In this document: positions 31,547-43,008 of the stretch, piece by piece
How positions within the stretch are numbered: position 1 is the first letter of the stretch
How the letters are laid out: each line of letters begins with the position of its first letter
NCBI GenBank assembly: GCA_963825135.1
Contig: CAWGRW010000009.1
Span: forward strand, 1,728,001 to 1,792,000
Length of the DNA: 64,000 nucleotides
Reading direction: 5' to 3'
Source: an uncultured bacterium
Lineage (GTDB): Bacteria; Desulfobacterota_D; UBA1144; Nemesobacterales; UBA2774
Position numbers and translations under genes: made by a program
Notes under the pieces: model-generated
Told to the model about the DNA's origin: nothing
The model's input: the letters and a program-made list of their open reading frames with translations, nothing else
Databases searched by the model: none

Positions 31547-32449
31547 ATGGAAAAAGATATGAAAGTAGGGATCGCGCTCGGAGGGGGAGGGGCCAAAGGG
31601 TTCGCCCATATAGGCGTACTCAAGGCTCTCGGGCAGGCGGGCATTGAATTCGACATCGTAGCGGGCACGAGCATCGGGGCGCTCGTAGGCGCGGTTTACG
31701 CTTCGGGGAAGCTCTCCGAATTAGAGCGCATCTCGAGACGGTACGGAGTAAAGGACCTCCCATTTCTTCTCGGCCCCACATGGCCGCGGAAGGGCCTCTT
31801 CAGCGGCAACTATATAGAGCGCCTGCTGAACGATATAGTGCATGTGAAAAATATAGAGGATTTAGGAAAACCCTTCGCCGCTCTCGCGGTCGATCTGAAT
31901 AAAGCCGAAATCGTTACTTTTACGCGCGGGAATCTTTACAGGGCCGTACACGCCAGCATGTCTATTCCGGGTCTGTTCAAGCCCGTAATAGACGGGGGTA
32001 AAATACTTGTGGACGGCGGAGTCCTGGAGCCCGTACCCGTGAACGCACTCAGGCGTCTCGGCGCCGACGTCGTCGTTGCGGTCGATCTGCTGAGCAACCT
32101 CTCCCCGATAAGCAGGGGCGCGAAGAATAGATCTATGTTCGCGGACTATATCCGCTCTCTGGCCGAGAAGTTCTACATGGAGGATTTGATCGGAGCGAAG
32201 GACCAGGAAGGCGAGATCGATATGTCCCTCGTCGATATCATACAGAGGAGTTCCATAGTCGCTCAGAGGAGGCTTACGGAGTATAGCTTCAGGGACAACC
32301 CCCCGGACATCGTCATCACCCCTCCGCTCTCGGATATCAGAGTCCTCGATTTCCATCGGGGCGAATTGATTGTCGAGGCCGGCAGGCAGGCCGCGGAAAG
32401 GGTTATTCCCGAGCTGCGGGACATCCTCACGAGAACCTGTTCCCGATAA
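31547..32449 (+). CDS. Patatin-like phospholipase (RssA-like)
   Basis: GGGGAKG, GTSIG and DGG; 3' end overlaps the convergent gene by 23 bp. Confidence 0.92.
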   Translation: MEKDMKVGIALGGGGAKGFAHIGVLKALGQAGIEFDIVAGTSIGALVGAVYASGKLSELERISRRYGVKDLPFLLGPTWPRKGLFSGNYIERLLNDIVHVKNIEDLGKPFAALAVDLNKAEIVTFTRGNLYRAVHASMSIPGLFKPVIDGGKILVDGGVLEPVPVNALRRLGADVVVAVDLLSNLSPISRGAKNRSMFADYIRSLAEKFYMEDLIGAKDQEGEIDMSLVDIIQRSSIVAQRRLTEYSFRDNPPDIVITPPLSDIRVLDFHRGELIVEAGRQAAERVIPELRDILTRTCSR

Positions 32450-33875
32450 ACTCTCTTGTTCCCCTCTTCCATTCGAGATAGAGAAGTATCCAGACAGGCG
32501 CGAATTCGAGCCAGACGATTATATTTGCGAATGCTTCCGGCTCTCCCCGGGGCTCGAAATAATACCTCAGGTAGTAGAGCGGGAGCAGGGCGGTCAGCGT
32601 GATGAGCGAGAATCTCGGCAGAAGGGCTAAAAAGGGGAGGAGCCACGTGTAATACCAGGGGAACTCGGTCGGACCGACGAGAAAAACGAACGCGATTATA
32701 AAGAGGCTTTTTTTGAAGAAGTCGCTTTCGGCGGGCTTCCTGTACGACATATACGCTATCCACAAAATTGTGAGAGAGGCCGCGATCACACGCGCCATAG
32801 CGTATTTACGGTACGTATGGAATCCCAGGGTGCCGAGAGAGTAATCCGAGATTAAAATTAATATCCGGAAGATCGAATCGTTGTTCTCCCAGCTCCTCCC
32901 GTAAGCGATCACGCCTGAGGACTGGTCGGGCCCGGATAGATATAGCGGCAGGAAGAGGGCGCAGAGGATAAGTAGTAACAGAATGACCGCCCTCAGCATC
33001 CTCCACGGGCTGGATAGGATTGGGCGCAGGACTAGCGGTATCAGGAATGCGGGCCAGAGCTTCAGGCCTACGCCCGCCGCGAGGCTCATGAGAGAACCCG
33101 TGTATTTAGCCCTCAACGCGAGCATCACCCCGCCTAATGCGAAAGGTAGGACTAGCACATCCAGGTGACCCGAGTTGTATATCTCCTTAACGAGCAGCGG
33201 GTTCCACCAGTAGATGATTGCGTAGACGAGGGGCAGCCGCATGTAGTTGAGCGAATACAGGATGAGAGCGAGTGTCGCAATGTCGAATAGCAGCAGTATC
33301 GCTCTCCACGGTAAGAGACTCCAGGGCTTTATGATGTACGAGAGCGCAAAGAACGCCTGAGTGACCGGAGGGTATATGGTGCGTATGTGAGGGTGATTGA
33401 TGCGGTGTATTATATCGCCTGATTTCCCCGCGAGACTGCTCAGCCCTTCGGGGACGTCCCGGTTCTGAATAACCCGTTCCGGCGAATATTTATAGGGGTT
33501 TATACCGTTCGCCGTCACGGCCCCGTCCCAGAGGTATCTGAAATAATCGTCTTCGAGCATCGGGGTCGAGAAAAACATCACAAGCCTGAACGCAAGGCCG
33601 ATAAACAAGATAAACCCCAGCATCGTACCGGCGTTAACCGAATTGAGTGTTTTGGCGACTGTAAATATATAAAGAGCGCCTGAGATGGCGAGTATCAGGA
33701 CAAGCAGGAGCACTGGTCTGTCTTTGAGCGGAATTTCCGGTGAGAAATAATCCGAGAGGAAGGACAGTATGAGGAAGAGACAAGTAAGCGTGAGACCGCT
33801 CCATACGATGAGCCTCTTCGTAGTTAACGTACGCTCGCGCTTCCTCTCCTGATCCGCTCCGAAGAGCATGTTCAT
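32427..33875 (-). CDS. Polytopic GT-C-fold glycosyltransferase (GT87-like)
   Basis: EDDYFRYLWDG, NPY, TIYPP, WNPL, SGHLD and PWY. Confidence 0.75.
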   Translation of the reverse strand: MNMLFGADQERKRERTLTTKRLIVWSGLTLTCLFLILSFLSDYFSPEIPLKDRPVLLLVLILAISGALYIFTVAKTLNSVNAGTMLGFILFIGLAFRLVMFFSTPMLEDDYFRYLWDGAVTANGINPYKYSPERVIQNRDVPEGLSSLAGKSGDIIHRINHPHIRTIYPPVTQAFFALSYIIKPWSLLPWRAILLLFDIATLALILYSLNYMRLPLVYAIIYWWNPLLVKEIYNSGHLDVLVLPFALGGVMLALRAKYTGSLMSLAAGVGLKLWPAFLIPLVLRPILSSPWRMLRAVILLLLILCALFLPLYLSGPDQSSGVIAYGRSWENNDSIFRILILISDYSLGTLGFHTYRKYAMARVIAASLTILWIAYMSYRKPAESDFFKKSLFIIAFVFLVGPTEFPWYYTWLLPFLALLPRFSLITLTALLPLYYLRYYFEPRGEPEAFANIIVWLEFAPVWILLYLEWKRGTREFIGNRFS

Positions 33876-33992
33876 AGCGACACCCCGGTGTATACGGCTC
33901 CCGGTATCAATATACGCTCTTGCCGCGGCGCGCGGAAGGTGTTATCTGATTGTGGTTGGAATAGAATCAGACGGAGGTTGTCGGATGCGACC

Positions 33993-34943
33993 TTACGCGT
34001 GTCCTTCGAGAAACCTCTCGGCGTCTATAGCCGCCATACACCCCGACCCCGCCGCAGTGATGGCCTGCCTGTATTTGCTGTCCTTCACGTCGCCCGCGGC
34101 GAATACCCCGAGGATGCTTGTCTCGGTGCTCCCGTTTTTCGTGATAAGGTATCCGAGCGCGTCCATCTCGAGCGTTCCCTTGAAGAGCTTCGTGTTCGGG
34201 TTGTGGCCTATGGCGATGAATACACCCCGGACCGCCCTTTCCGAGACCTCGCCCGTCTTCGTGTCCCTGAGCCTCACACCTCTGACGCCACCCTCCTGGT
34301 CCCCCAGTATCTCCTCCACTTCCGCGTTCCAGATGAAATCGACCTTAGGGTTTTTCATCGCCCTGTCCTGGAGTATCTTTGAAGCGCGGAGCTCGCCTCT
34401 CCTGTGGACGATGCTCACCCTGGATGCGAACTTCGTGAGGAACGTGGCTTCTTCGAGCGCACTGTCCCCGCCCCCCACTACTATCAGATCCCTGTCCTTG
34501 TGGAAAAAACCGTCGCATGTGGCGCAGGTCGATACTCCCCGCCCCAGTAATAGTCTTTCCGATTCTATACCCAGCATCTTGGCGGAAGCCCCTGAAGCGA
34601 TGATGAATGAATCGGCTTCGATGACCGTATCTCCGGCGGTGATTTTAAAGGGCCTCTTCGAGAAATCGACAGCGGTTACGGATTTCATCACGCACTTCGC
34701 ACCGAACCTCTCCGCCTGCTCCCTCATCGAGTCCATTAGCTCGGGCCCTCGTATCCCTTGAGGGAATCCGGGGAAATTTTCTACATCGGTCGTCAGAGTC
34801 AGCTGGCCGCCTGCCTCCATCCCCTCGAAAACCACCGGCTCGAGATTAGCCCTGGCCGTATATAGAGCCGCGGTTAACCCTGCCGGCCCCGAACCCATAA
34901 TGACGACCTTGTGTCTTTGTCTTAAATCCTTTATATCGGTCAT
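33993..34943 (-). CDS. trxB: Thioredoxin reductase
   Basis: GSGPAG, CATCDG, GGGDSALEEA and QAITAAGSG; ATG 34943 has a GGAG SD. Confidence 0.96.
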   Translation of the reverse strand: MTDIKDLRQRHKVVIMGSGPAGLTAALYTARANLEPVVFEGMEAGGQLTLTTDVENFPGFPQGIRGPELMDSMREQAERFGAKCVMKSVTAVDFSKRPFKITAGDTVIEADSFIIASGASAKMLGIESERLLLGRGVSTCATCDGFFHKDRDLIVVGGGDSALEEATFLTKFASRVSIVHRRGELRASKILQDRAMKNPKVDFIWNAEVEEILGDQEGGVRGVRLRDTKTGEVSERAVRGVFIAIGHNPNTKLFKGTLEMDALGYLITKNGSTETSILGVFAAGDVKDSKYRQAITAAGSGCMAAIDAERFLEGHA

Positions 34944-35185
34944 TTCCGCTCCTGAAGCATGCGTTTTCCGCAAGCTCCGCTTTATACTACATACGGGAAG
35001 GGGTTTTTCAAGTTACCCCCGCCCCGCAAAATAGTGTCTAATTTTAGATAACCGGGGGTGCGGGAAAGATTCAAACCGGGATTTCGCCGCAGGGTCCGCC
35101 GCGTCTGGTAGAATAATGATATCGAGCGCTAATTCACGGGAATTCCGAGAGAACGTATGGGCGTCAAATAACTGCCTCTAATCGT

Positions 35186-36298
35186 ATGAGTATTAAGAAA
35201 CTGCCCCTACATATTGTACATGAGTCGCTGGGCGCGGTCTTTCGCGTTTCAGGAGACTGTCTCGTCCCCGAGAGATACGGCGATATACGGGCCGAATACG
35301 AGGCCGTGAGGAACGGGGTCGGCTTGGCGGACTTGTCTGACCGCGGGAAGCTCCGTCTCGGCGGTAAGGAGCATCTGAAATTCCTTCAGGGCATGCTCAC
35401 GAATGACGTTATGAAGCTCGATGGGGGGAAAGGGATGTACGCCGCGATTCTCACTGTAAAGGGCAGGATGGTCTCGGATATGCGGGTCTACCGTGAAAAG
35501 GATTCGGTGTTTTTGGATCTGGAGCCGGGGTTGAATACTAAAGTCGGAGAGCTCCTTAAGAAGTTCAGGCTCTCTTACAAGGCGGACATAGACGATCTGA
35601 CGGAAAGCACGGGACTGGTTTCCGTTCACGGCCCCAGCGCGGCCGATTTGTTGGGAGAAGTTATCGGCGAGAAGAATTTGCCGGTGAACGAATTCGATCA
35701 CGTGAGGGGGTCTGTCCACGGCCGCGAGGTGACTGTCGTTAAAGTGAACCGGACAGGCGAAGAGGGTTATGATATTTACGCCGCCAATGAAGGTCTCTCT
35801 GATCTTTGGGGATTATTGACGGAGAAGGGGAAAGGGTTAGGGATAATACCTGTGGGCAGAGACGCGCTTGAAATACTCAGAATAGAGGCCGGCATTCCGG
35901 TCTACGGGATTGACATGGACGAAGAGACAATTCCTATCGAAGCGGGCATCTGGAGCGCGCTCAATTTCGAGAAGGGGTGTTACGTCGGTCAGGAGGTCGT
36001 AGCAAGAATCAAATGGAGGGGTCATGTGAATTGGCATCTTCTTGGATTCATTTCGGATGGGGACAGGGCTCCGGAAAGGGGTTCGGAGGTGTACATGGAG
36101 GAAAAGAAGATCGGACGCATTACTAGCGGAGGGCTTTCCCCCTCTCTCGGAAAACCCATTGCCCTCGGCTACATAAGAAGGGAATTTAAAGAGCCGGGCA
36201 CCCGGGTTGAGATCAGATCCCAGGACGGGTCTATCGAGCATGCCGAAGTCGCCGCCCTCCCGTTCCTGGGCGGTCAAACCGTTCAAAAAACGGAATAA
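35186..36298 (+). CDS. ygfZ: GcvT-fold folate-binding protein, YgfZ type
   Basis: FLQGMLTND, RIEAG and the KGCYVGQE signature. Confidence 0.8.
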   Translation: MSIKKLPLHIVHESLGAVFRVSGDCLVPERYGDIRAEYEAVRNGVGLADLSDRGKLRLGGKEHLKFLQGMLTNDVMKLDGGKGMYAAILTVKGRMVSDMRVYREKDSVFLDLEPGLNTKVGELLKKFRLSYKADIDDLTESTGLVSVHGPSAADLLGEVIGEKNLPVNEFDHVRGSVHGREVTVVKVNRTGEEGYDIYAANEGLSDLWGLLTEKGKGLGIIPVGRDALEILRIEAGIPVYGIDMDEETIPIEAGIWSALNFEKGCYVGQEVVARIKWRGHVNWHLLGFISDGDRAPERGSEVYMEEKKIGRITSGGLSPSLGKPIALGYIRREFKEPGTRVEIRSQDGSIEHAEVAALPFLGGQTVQKTE

Positions 36299-36446
36299 TC
36301 GCGTTTGGTTAAAAATTACTGCCCGTAATCCTTGATTTTATTTCCCCCTCAATTATAGTATCAGTAGGGTGTATTCTCTCGGGCCAAAAGCCAGTTAAGA
36401 AACAGGGTTGGGTATCTTTTATAAATCACTAATAACATTTTATTAA

Positions 36447-37526
<1,080 letters not shown>

Positions 37527-37579
37527 AGATCGGACGCAGCTTCTGTGTACTATGGGTCTTTTGCTGATATGATATAAAG

Positions 37580-38407
37580 ATGGGTTTCTTCAAGCGCCGC
37601 ACCATACTAATCATCCTGGTTCTCTTCTTTATAGCGATACAGCTCTTTTCTCTCGATCTCAGGGAGAGGAACAGTCAGAACCCGGTATCCAAATTCGTCC
37701 TGACCCTGACTTATTATCCCCAAAAATTCGTATCTTCCATTACCGGTAAAATCGTTGGTACCTGGCGGGATTATGTCGACCTCCTGCATGTGAACGAAGA
37801 GAACAGGAGGCTCCGGGAGGAGCTCAACACCCTCAGGCAGGAGAAGTTCGAGTTAGCGGAAATCAAGGAGCAGAACACGAGACTGAAAAAGCTTCTCGAT
37901 TTTAAGGATGTGGCTCTATACCCCGTCGTGTCGGCGAACGTTATAGGCGCGAGCCCATCGATGCTCCGCTCTCAGGTCGTAATAGTCGATAGGGGAACCG
38001 CCGACGGAATAACGGAAGGGATGCCCGTCGCCTCTTACGACGGTATAGTCGGTAGGATATTGCTCGCGGGCGATAAAAGCTCCGAAGTGCTCCTGATAAC
38101 CGATCCGGTGAGCGCAGTAGACGCATATATCCACAGGACCCGGGCGAGGGGCATTGTGAAAGGCGTGGGAAACGGCTGTGTTATGGAATATATCGAAAAC
38201 AAATCCGATGTCAGCATCGGAGACAAGGTGATCTCGTCCGGAAAGGACGGTTTTTTCCCCAAGGGGGTCATAATCGGAACCGTCACCGATATAAGCCCTG
38301 ACGGGAGTTTTATTAGCGCGGGTGTTTCCCCTCACGTCGATCTTAATTCCCTCGAAGAGGTCGTAATAATGCAAAAGTCCGTAAATAACGTGGTCCTGAA
38401 TGAATAA
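37580..38407 (+). CDS. mreC: Rod shape-determining protein MreC
   Basis: N-terminal TM, coiled coil, DRG..DG and SSG..GFFPKG; follows mreB. Confidence 0.93.
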   Translation: MGFFKRRTILIILVLFFIAIQLFSLDLRERNSQNPVSKFVLTLTYYPQKFVSSITGKIVGTWRDYVDLLHVNEENRRLREELNTLRQEKFELAEIKEQNTRLKKLLDFKDVALYPVVSANVIGASPSMLRSQVVIVDRGTADGITEGMPVASYDGIVGRILLAGDKSSEVLLITDPVSAVDAYIHRTRARGIVKGVGNGCVMEYIENKSDVSIGDKVISSGKDGFFPKGVIIGTVTDISPDGSFISAGVSPHVDLNSLEEVVIMQKSVNNVVLNE

Positions 38408-38891
38408 GACACTTACCTTTGTATCCCTGATTGTCGTCTCGATCGTGTTGATAACGGTCCAGTCCACGCTGCTCTCGCCGAGGAAAGTCGGTTACCTGTT
38501 TCCGGACCTGAATTTAATCTTTATAGTCTTTCTGGCCGTTTATTCTGAAACGAGAGGGAGTTTCCTCCTGGCTGCGGGAAACGGGTATATGATGGACGTC
38601 CTGTCGGGGAATCTCCCAGGCACCTTCACTATCTCCCGCCTGAGCGCGTATCTCCTGGTCCGCACGAGCTCCAACCATGTGTATCTGAAGAAAGTCCTTG
38701 TCCAGGGACTCGCAATATTTCTAACGACTATTTTTACGTGGACATTTATTTTAACTATAATTAAGATAAAGAGTGAAGCGGGTTTTCAGCTTTCTTTCAG
38801 TGAAATAATTTTACAGGGCGCGGTAAATTCAGTCGTTGGCGTGGCGCTTTTCTGGGCCGTTGGCAGGATGCATGCAAGATTTCAGAAATAG
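38400..38891 (+). CDS. mreD: Rod shape-determining protein MreD
   Basis: Hydrophobic; PDL..I and G..MDVLSG; between mreC and mrdA. Confidence 0.85.
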   Translation: MNKTLTFVSLIVVSIVLITVQSTLLSPRKVGYLFPDLNLIFIVFLAVYSETRGSFLLAAGNGYMMDVLSGNLPGTFTISRLSAYLLVRTSSNHVYLKKVLVQGLAIFLTTIFTWTFILTIIKIKSEAGFQLSFSEIILQGAVNSVVGVALFWAVGRMHARFQK

Positions 38892-40680
38892 ACTCGTAAT
38901 CGCAACCATAATTCTCGGCGTTGCGTTCCTGGTCCTGGTTTCGAGACTCTGGTTCCTCCAGGTCTTGAAAGGGGACGAGTTCGAGATATTTTCACGGGAT
39001 AACAGAATAAGGATAGAAAGGGTTCCGGCTTCAAGGGGGAGGATACTCGACAGGTTCGGCCGGGAATTGGTCGTAAACAGGCCTTCCTTCGATATTTATG
39101 TGCTGCCCAAGGATGTCGAAGATTTTTCTTCACTCAGTGCGAATCTGTCGGGCGTACTTCACGAAGACACGAAGAAGCTCGAACAGAAAATTATCGAGGC
39201 TTCCAAGAAGAGCCGTTTTAAACCCGTTCTTGTCGCGCAGGACATAAACCGGGATCAGCTTGCGTACATCGAAGCACGGAGGAGTTCCCTGCCCGGACTC
39301 ATCATTGAGGTCAACAATCTGCGGCAATACCCTCACGGCATGCTTGGCGCGTCGTTCCTCGGTTATATAGGGAAAGTGAACGAATCGGAGCTCCAGGACA
39401 ATCCTAAACTCAGCAGTAACGGTCTGGTAGGTAAAACCGGTGTGGAAAAAACCTGGGAGCAATCGCTTCGCGGGGAAGACGGCTTCATACAAAAAGTCAC
39501 GGACGCGCTTGGAAGGGAGGTAACTTCAAACCTCTTTCAGAAAGACCTGATTAATAAAAACAGCGTTCCCGGTAACGACGTCGTTATGTCGATAGATATG
39601 GATCTTCAGAAAGCGGCGGAGGACGCCCTCGGCGAAGAGTTCGGGGCGATTATCGCGGTCGACGTAAGGAACGGCGAGGTGATCGCGCTCGCCAGCAAGC
39701 CTTCGTTCGATCCCGCCGATTTCGTGAAGGGGATCGACGCGAAGACCTGGTCGGCGCTTATAAAAGACAAGAACTTCCCCCTTATCAGCCGGGCGACGCA
39801 GGGATTATACGCGCCGGGTTCTGTTTTTAAAATGGTACCGAGCGCGGCGGCCATGAACGAGGGACTTATCGATCCTGATGCGCTGGTGTATTGTCCCGGT
39901 TATTACAGAGTCGGCTCTCATGTCTACAAGTGCTGGAAAAAAGGAGGGCACGGATGGATGAACATGAGGGAGGCGATAGTCCAGTCCTGCGATGTTTATT
40001 TCTACACCCTGGCGGACAAGCTGGGAATAGACCGGATATCTAAGTACATGAATTTCTTCGGGTTCGGATCCCCTACCGGCATCGGAATCGAGGAGCGGGC
40101 AGGGGTAGCGCCGAGCAGGGAATGGAAGCTCGAGAAATTCAAGAAGCCCTGGTATAAGGGAGAGACCATCGTTTCCGCGATAGGTCAGGGCTACGTGAGC
40201 GTAACGCCGCTGCAGGTCGCCATGATGACGACTGCCATAGCGAACGGCGGTACGCTGTATACCCCGAAGCTCGTCATCAAGGAAGTGGCTTTCAGCGGGG
40301 CAACGAAGATGAATAACATCCCTCCCAAGGGCACCCTGCCTGTCAGGAGAGAGGTTCTGGCGATCATCCGGGACGCCATGAAAGGTGTCGTTAACGACCC
40401 GGGCGGCACGGGTCACGGGGCCAGGATCGAGAACATAACGGTAGCCGGGAAGACGGGGACGGCCCAGGTGGTATCGCTCGATTCTCAAAGCGCCGACAAA
40501 GCTCACAAGGACCATGCCTGGTTCACGTCCTTTACGCCGGCCGAGGAACCCGAAATCGCCGTTACCGTTTTAATCGAGCACGGAGGGAAAGGCGGAGCCG
40601 TAGCTGCTCCGATAGCGAAAAAGATTATAGAAACATATTTCCATTTGAAGAAAGAGAGAAAAGCAAATGATAATGTTTGA
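38872..40680 (+). CDS. mrdA: Penicillin-binding protein 2
   Basis: RG.ILDR, SVFK, SCD.YFY and KTGTAQ. Confidence 0.95.
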   Translation: MQDFRNRLVIATIILGVAFLVLVSRLWFLQVLKGDEFEIFSRDNRIRIERVPASRGRILDRFGRELVVNRPSFDIYVLPKDVEDFSSLSANLSGVLHEDTKKLEQKIIEASKKSRFKPVLVAQDINRDQLAYIEARRSSLPGLIIEVNNLRQYPHGMLGASFLGYIGKVNESELQDNPKLSSNGLVGKTGVEKTWEQSLRGEDGFIQKVTDALGREVTSNLFQKDLINKNSVPGNDVVMSIDMDLQKAAEDALGEEFGAIIAVDVRNGEVIALASKPSFDPADFVKGIDAKTWSALIKDKNFPLISRATQGLYAPGSVFKMVPSAAAMNEGLIDPDALVYCPGYYRVGSHVYKCWKKGGHGWMNMREAIVQSCDVYFYTLADKLGIDRISKYMNFFGFGSPTGIGIEERAGVAPSREWKLEKFKKPWYKGETIVSAIGQGYVSVTPLQVAMMTTAIANGGTLYTPKLVIKEVAFSGATKMNNIPPKGTLPVRREVLAIIRDAMKGVVNDPGGTGHGARIENITVAGKTGTAQVVSLDSQSADKAHKDHAWFTSFTPAEEPEIAVTVLIEHGGKGGAVAAPIAKKIIETYFHLKKERKANDNV

Positions 40681-41791
40681 TAGAAGACTGCTCCAGAGTT
40701 TCGGGTGGTCTCTATTCCTGATGACCCTTGCCTTCTCCGCGCTATCGCTCATGAACCTCTACAGCGCTTCGTATCAGACGGGTCTCGGCTATTTTAAAAA
40801 GCAGGCGGTATGGGTGTGCATAGGCATCCTCGCGATGCTTGTCGTCTCATTCATCAACAATAAGCTTATAAAGCAGTACGCCCTATATATTTACGGGTTC
40901 TCACTGCTCCTTCTCCTGTTCGTGCTCGTATTCGGCAAGGAAGTTTCCGGGTCGAAGAGCTGGATCTCTTTAAGCTCCTTCGCCACGATACAGCCTTCGG
41001 AGCTCGCGAAAATACCGATTATCCTCGCCATAGCCAGATTCTACGACAACGATTACGAAGGGGTGCCTTACGGCTTGCTTGACCTCATAAAGCCTGTTTT
41101 GCTGACCGCGTTACCTCTTTCCCTCGTTATGCTTCAGCCCGATCTCGGCACGGCCCTTACCATTATACTTATTTCGGGCAGCATGATTCTCTTCATGGGT
41201 GTCGAGAAGAAGCTGATCCTGCTTGTGCTGGCGGTGGTCATAGGGTTTTCTTATCCGGCCTGGCATTTCTTTCTCAAGCCCTACCAGAAAGAAAGGATAA
41301 AGACCTTTTTAGAGCCTTCAAAAGACCCCCTCGATTCCGGTTACAATGCCATCCAGTCTCAGATCGCGGTAGGCTCCGGCAGGTTCACCGGAAAAGGGTT
41401 CATGTCGGGCTCCCAGACGCAGCTCAGGTTTATCCCGGCTCAACAGACCGACTTCGCTTTTTCAGTGCTTGCGGAGGAGTGGGGCTTCCTCGGCGGGTTC
41501 ATGGCTCTTCTGCTATATTTTATGATGATCCTCTGGATTCTCGACACGGCGAGCAGGGCGAAAGACAAGTTCTCGGTGCTTGTATGTTTCGGCATCGCGG
41601 CCATGTACTTCTGGCACATCGTCGTGAATGTCGGAATGGTCGTGGGGCTTCTACCGATTACGGGCGTGCCGCTGATGCTCTTGAGTTACGGCGGGTCCTC
41701 GACCCTTACTGCGCTGATCGGAATAGGCATAGTCCTAGGCATCAGAATGAGGAAATTCCCCATGCAGGGTACGGCGGTCGAGCTCAGGTGA
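40667..41791 (+). CDS. rodA: Rod shape-determining protein RodA
   Basis: QPSELAK, QPDLGT, QSQIAVGSG, TDFAFS..AEEWG and SYGGSS. Confidence 0.95.
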   Translation: MIMFDRRLLQSFGWSLFLMTLAFSALSLMNLYSASYQTGLGYFKKQAVWVCIGILAMLVVSFINNKLIKQYALYIYGFSLLLLLFVLVFGKEVSGSKSWISLSSFATIQPSELAKIPIILAIARFYDNDYEGVPYGLLDLIKPVLLTALPLSLVMLQPDLGTALTIILISGSMILFMGVEKKLILLVLAVVIGFSYPAWHFFLKPYQKERIKTFLEPSKDPLDSGYNAIQSQIAVGSGRFTGKGFMSGSQTQLRFIPAQQTDFAFSVLAEEWGFLGGFMALLLYFMMILWILDTASRAKDKFSVLVCFGIAAMYFWHIVVNVGMVVGLLPITGVPLMLLSYGGSSTLTALIGIGIVLGIRMRKFPMQGTAVELR

Positions 41792-42767
41792 TCTCATCGG
41801 CCCTTAAATCCCGCATGCTCGGTATCCCTCCCATGCTCTTGGACCGATGAAGGGCGCGGAGTATGGCGTTTGCGGTAAGCTCGGCCGCTATAACGCCCGC
41901 CAGGTTTGCGTCCCCCTCCGAATCCCCGCACGATACGGCGATCACGACATCCCCGTCGGCTATCGTATGCACGGGCGATATTACCCTTGCAAGCCCGGTC
42001 TGGGCGATACTGGCAATCCTGCCCAGCTCGGATTTTGAGAATCGGGCGTTGGTCGCCACGACCGCGAGAGTGGTGTTCCGGGATTTATCCTCTTTGAATG
42101 TGACTCCTTTCTTGAACAGGTTGACAGTACCCGCGAATTTACTTCCGTGCGGGGTCGTCCTTACGCCCGCGATGATTTCCCCGTTTTCAGGAGATATGAT
42201 ATCTCCGAACGCGTTGACAACGACCAGCACTGCTACGATTATGCCGTTTTCGAATTTGTAGCCCGATGTACCCACGCCCCCCTTTGTCGCGTGATCGAGT
42301 CCCAGGAGCTTACCGACGGTAGCGCCGGTCCCGGCTCCGATACTGCCCTCCTTGACCCCGGAGGAACCGGCGTTGAGACAGGCTTCGTACCCCATGCGGG
42401 CATCCGGCCTTACCCCCCCGTTGCCTATCCCAAGGTCGAATATTACCGCAGTGGGCACCGACGGGACAACCATCCCGTACCCGACGCTTAGCCCTGTGTT
42501 TCTTTCCTCGAGGAATTTCATCACGCCGCTTGAGGCATCGAGACCGTACGCGCTCCCCCCGGTGAGAAGGACCGCATGGATTTTGCCGAACGTATTATGG
42601 GAGAGGAGGGAGTCGATCTGCCTCGTGCTCGTGCCGCCCCCCCTCAAATCTATGGCTCCCAGGGCGGGCTTATCGAATAAGATAACCGTACATCCTGTCA
42701 CCGCCTCGTAATCGGAGGCGTGGCCGACTCTTATGCCTTCAATATCCGTAATTGAGTTCATGATCAT
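41784..42767 (-). CDS. P1/S58 (DmpA-like) family peptidase
   Basis: ITDIEGIRVGH, LTGGSAYGL, GAGTGATVGK, NTTLAVVATNA and DGD. Confidence 0.85.
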   Translation of the reverse strand: MIMNSITDIEGIRVGHASDYEAVTGCTVILFDKPALGAIDLRGGGTSTRQIDSLLSHNTFGKIHAVLLTGGSAYGLDASSGVMKFLEERNTGLSVGYGMVVPSVPTAVIFDLGIGNGGVRPDARMGYEACLNAGSSGVKEGSIGAGTGATVGKLLGLDHATKGGVGTSGYKFENGIIVAVLVVVNAFGDIISPENGEIIAGVRTTPHGSKFAGTVNLFKKGVTFKEDKSRNTTLAVVATNARFSKSELGRIASIAQTGLARVISPVHTIADGDVVIAVSCGDSEGDANLAGVIAAELTANAILRALHRSKSMGGIPSMRDLRADEIT

Positions 42768-42817
42768 TATTCTAAAATCAATATTATTTATTACAAAGTT
42801 TGCTCATGCGAGACACC

Positions 42818-42857
42818 CCTGTCTTTAACTTGACAGGATACGATAATCAGATAAAAT
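42818..42857 (+). promoter_or_regulatory. Sigma70-type promoter of the cox operon with an overlapping palindrome
   Basis: TTGACA (42830-35)-N16-TAAAAT (42852-57); CCTGTC-N8-GACAGG (42818-37) overlaps the -35. Confidence 0.55.
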
Positions 42858-43008
42858 CTTCCACGATTTAAGGTTATTAGGATTGAGGTTTTTGCGGGTT
42901 GATAACCTGATTTTAATTTCATTAAAATTTCCTGTATTCACCCCAAATTATGATTAATACATAATAGACGGAATAAACGGTGTTGCGTGATGGGTTTTCG
43001 AACCTGAA

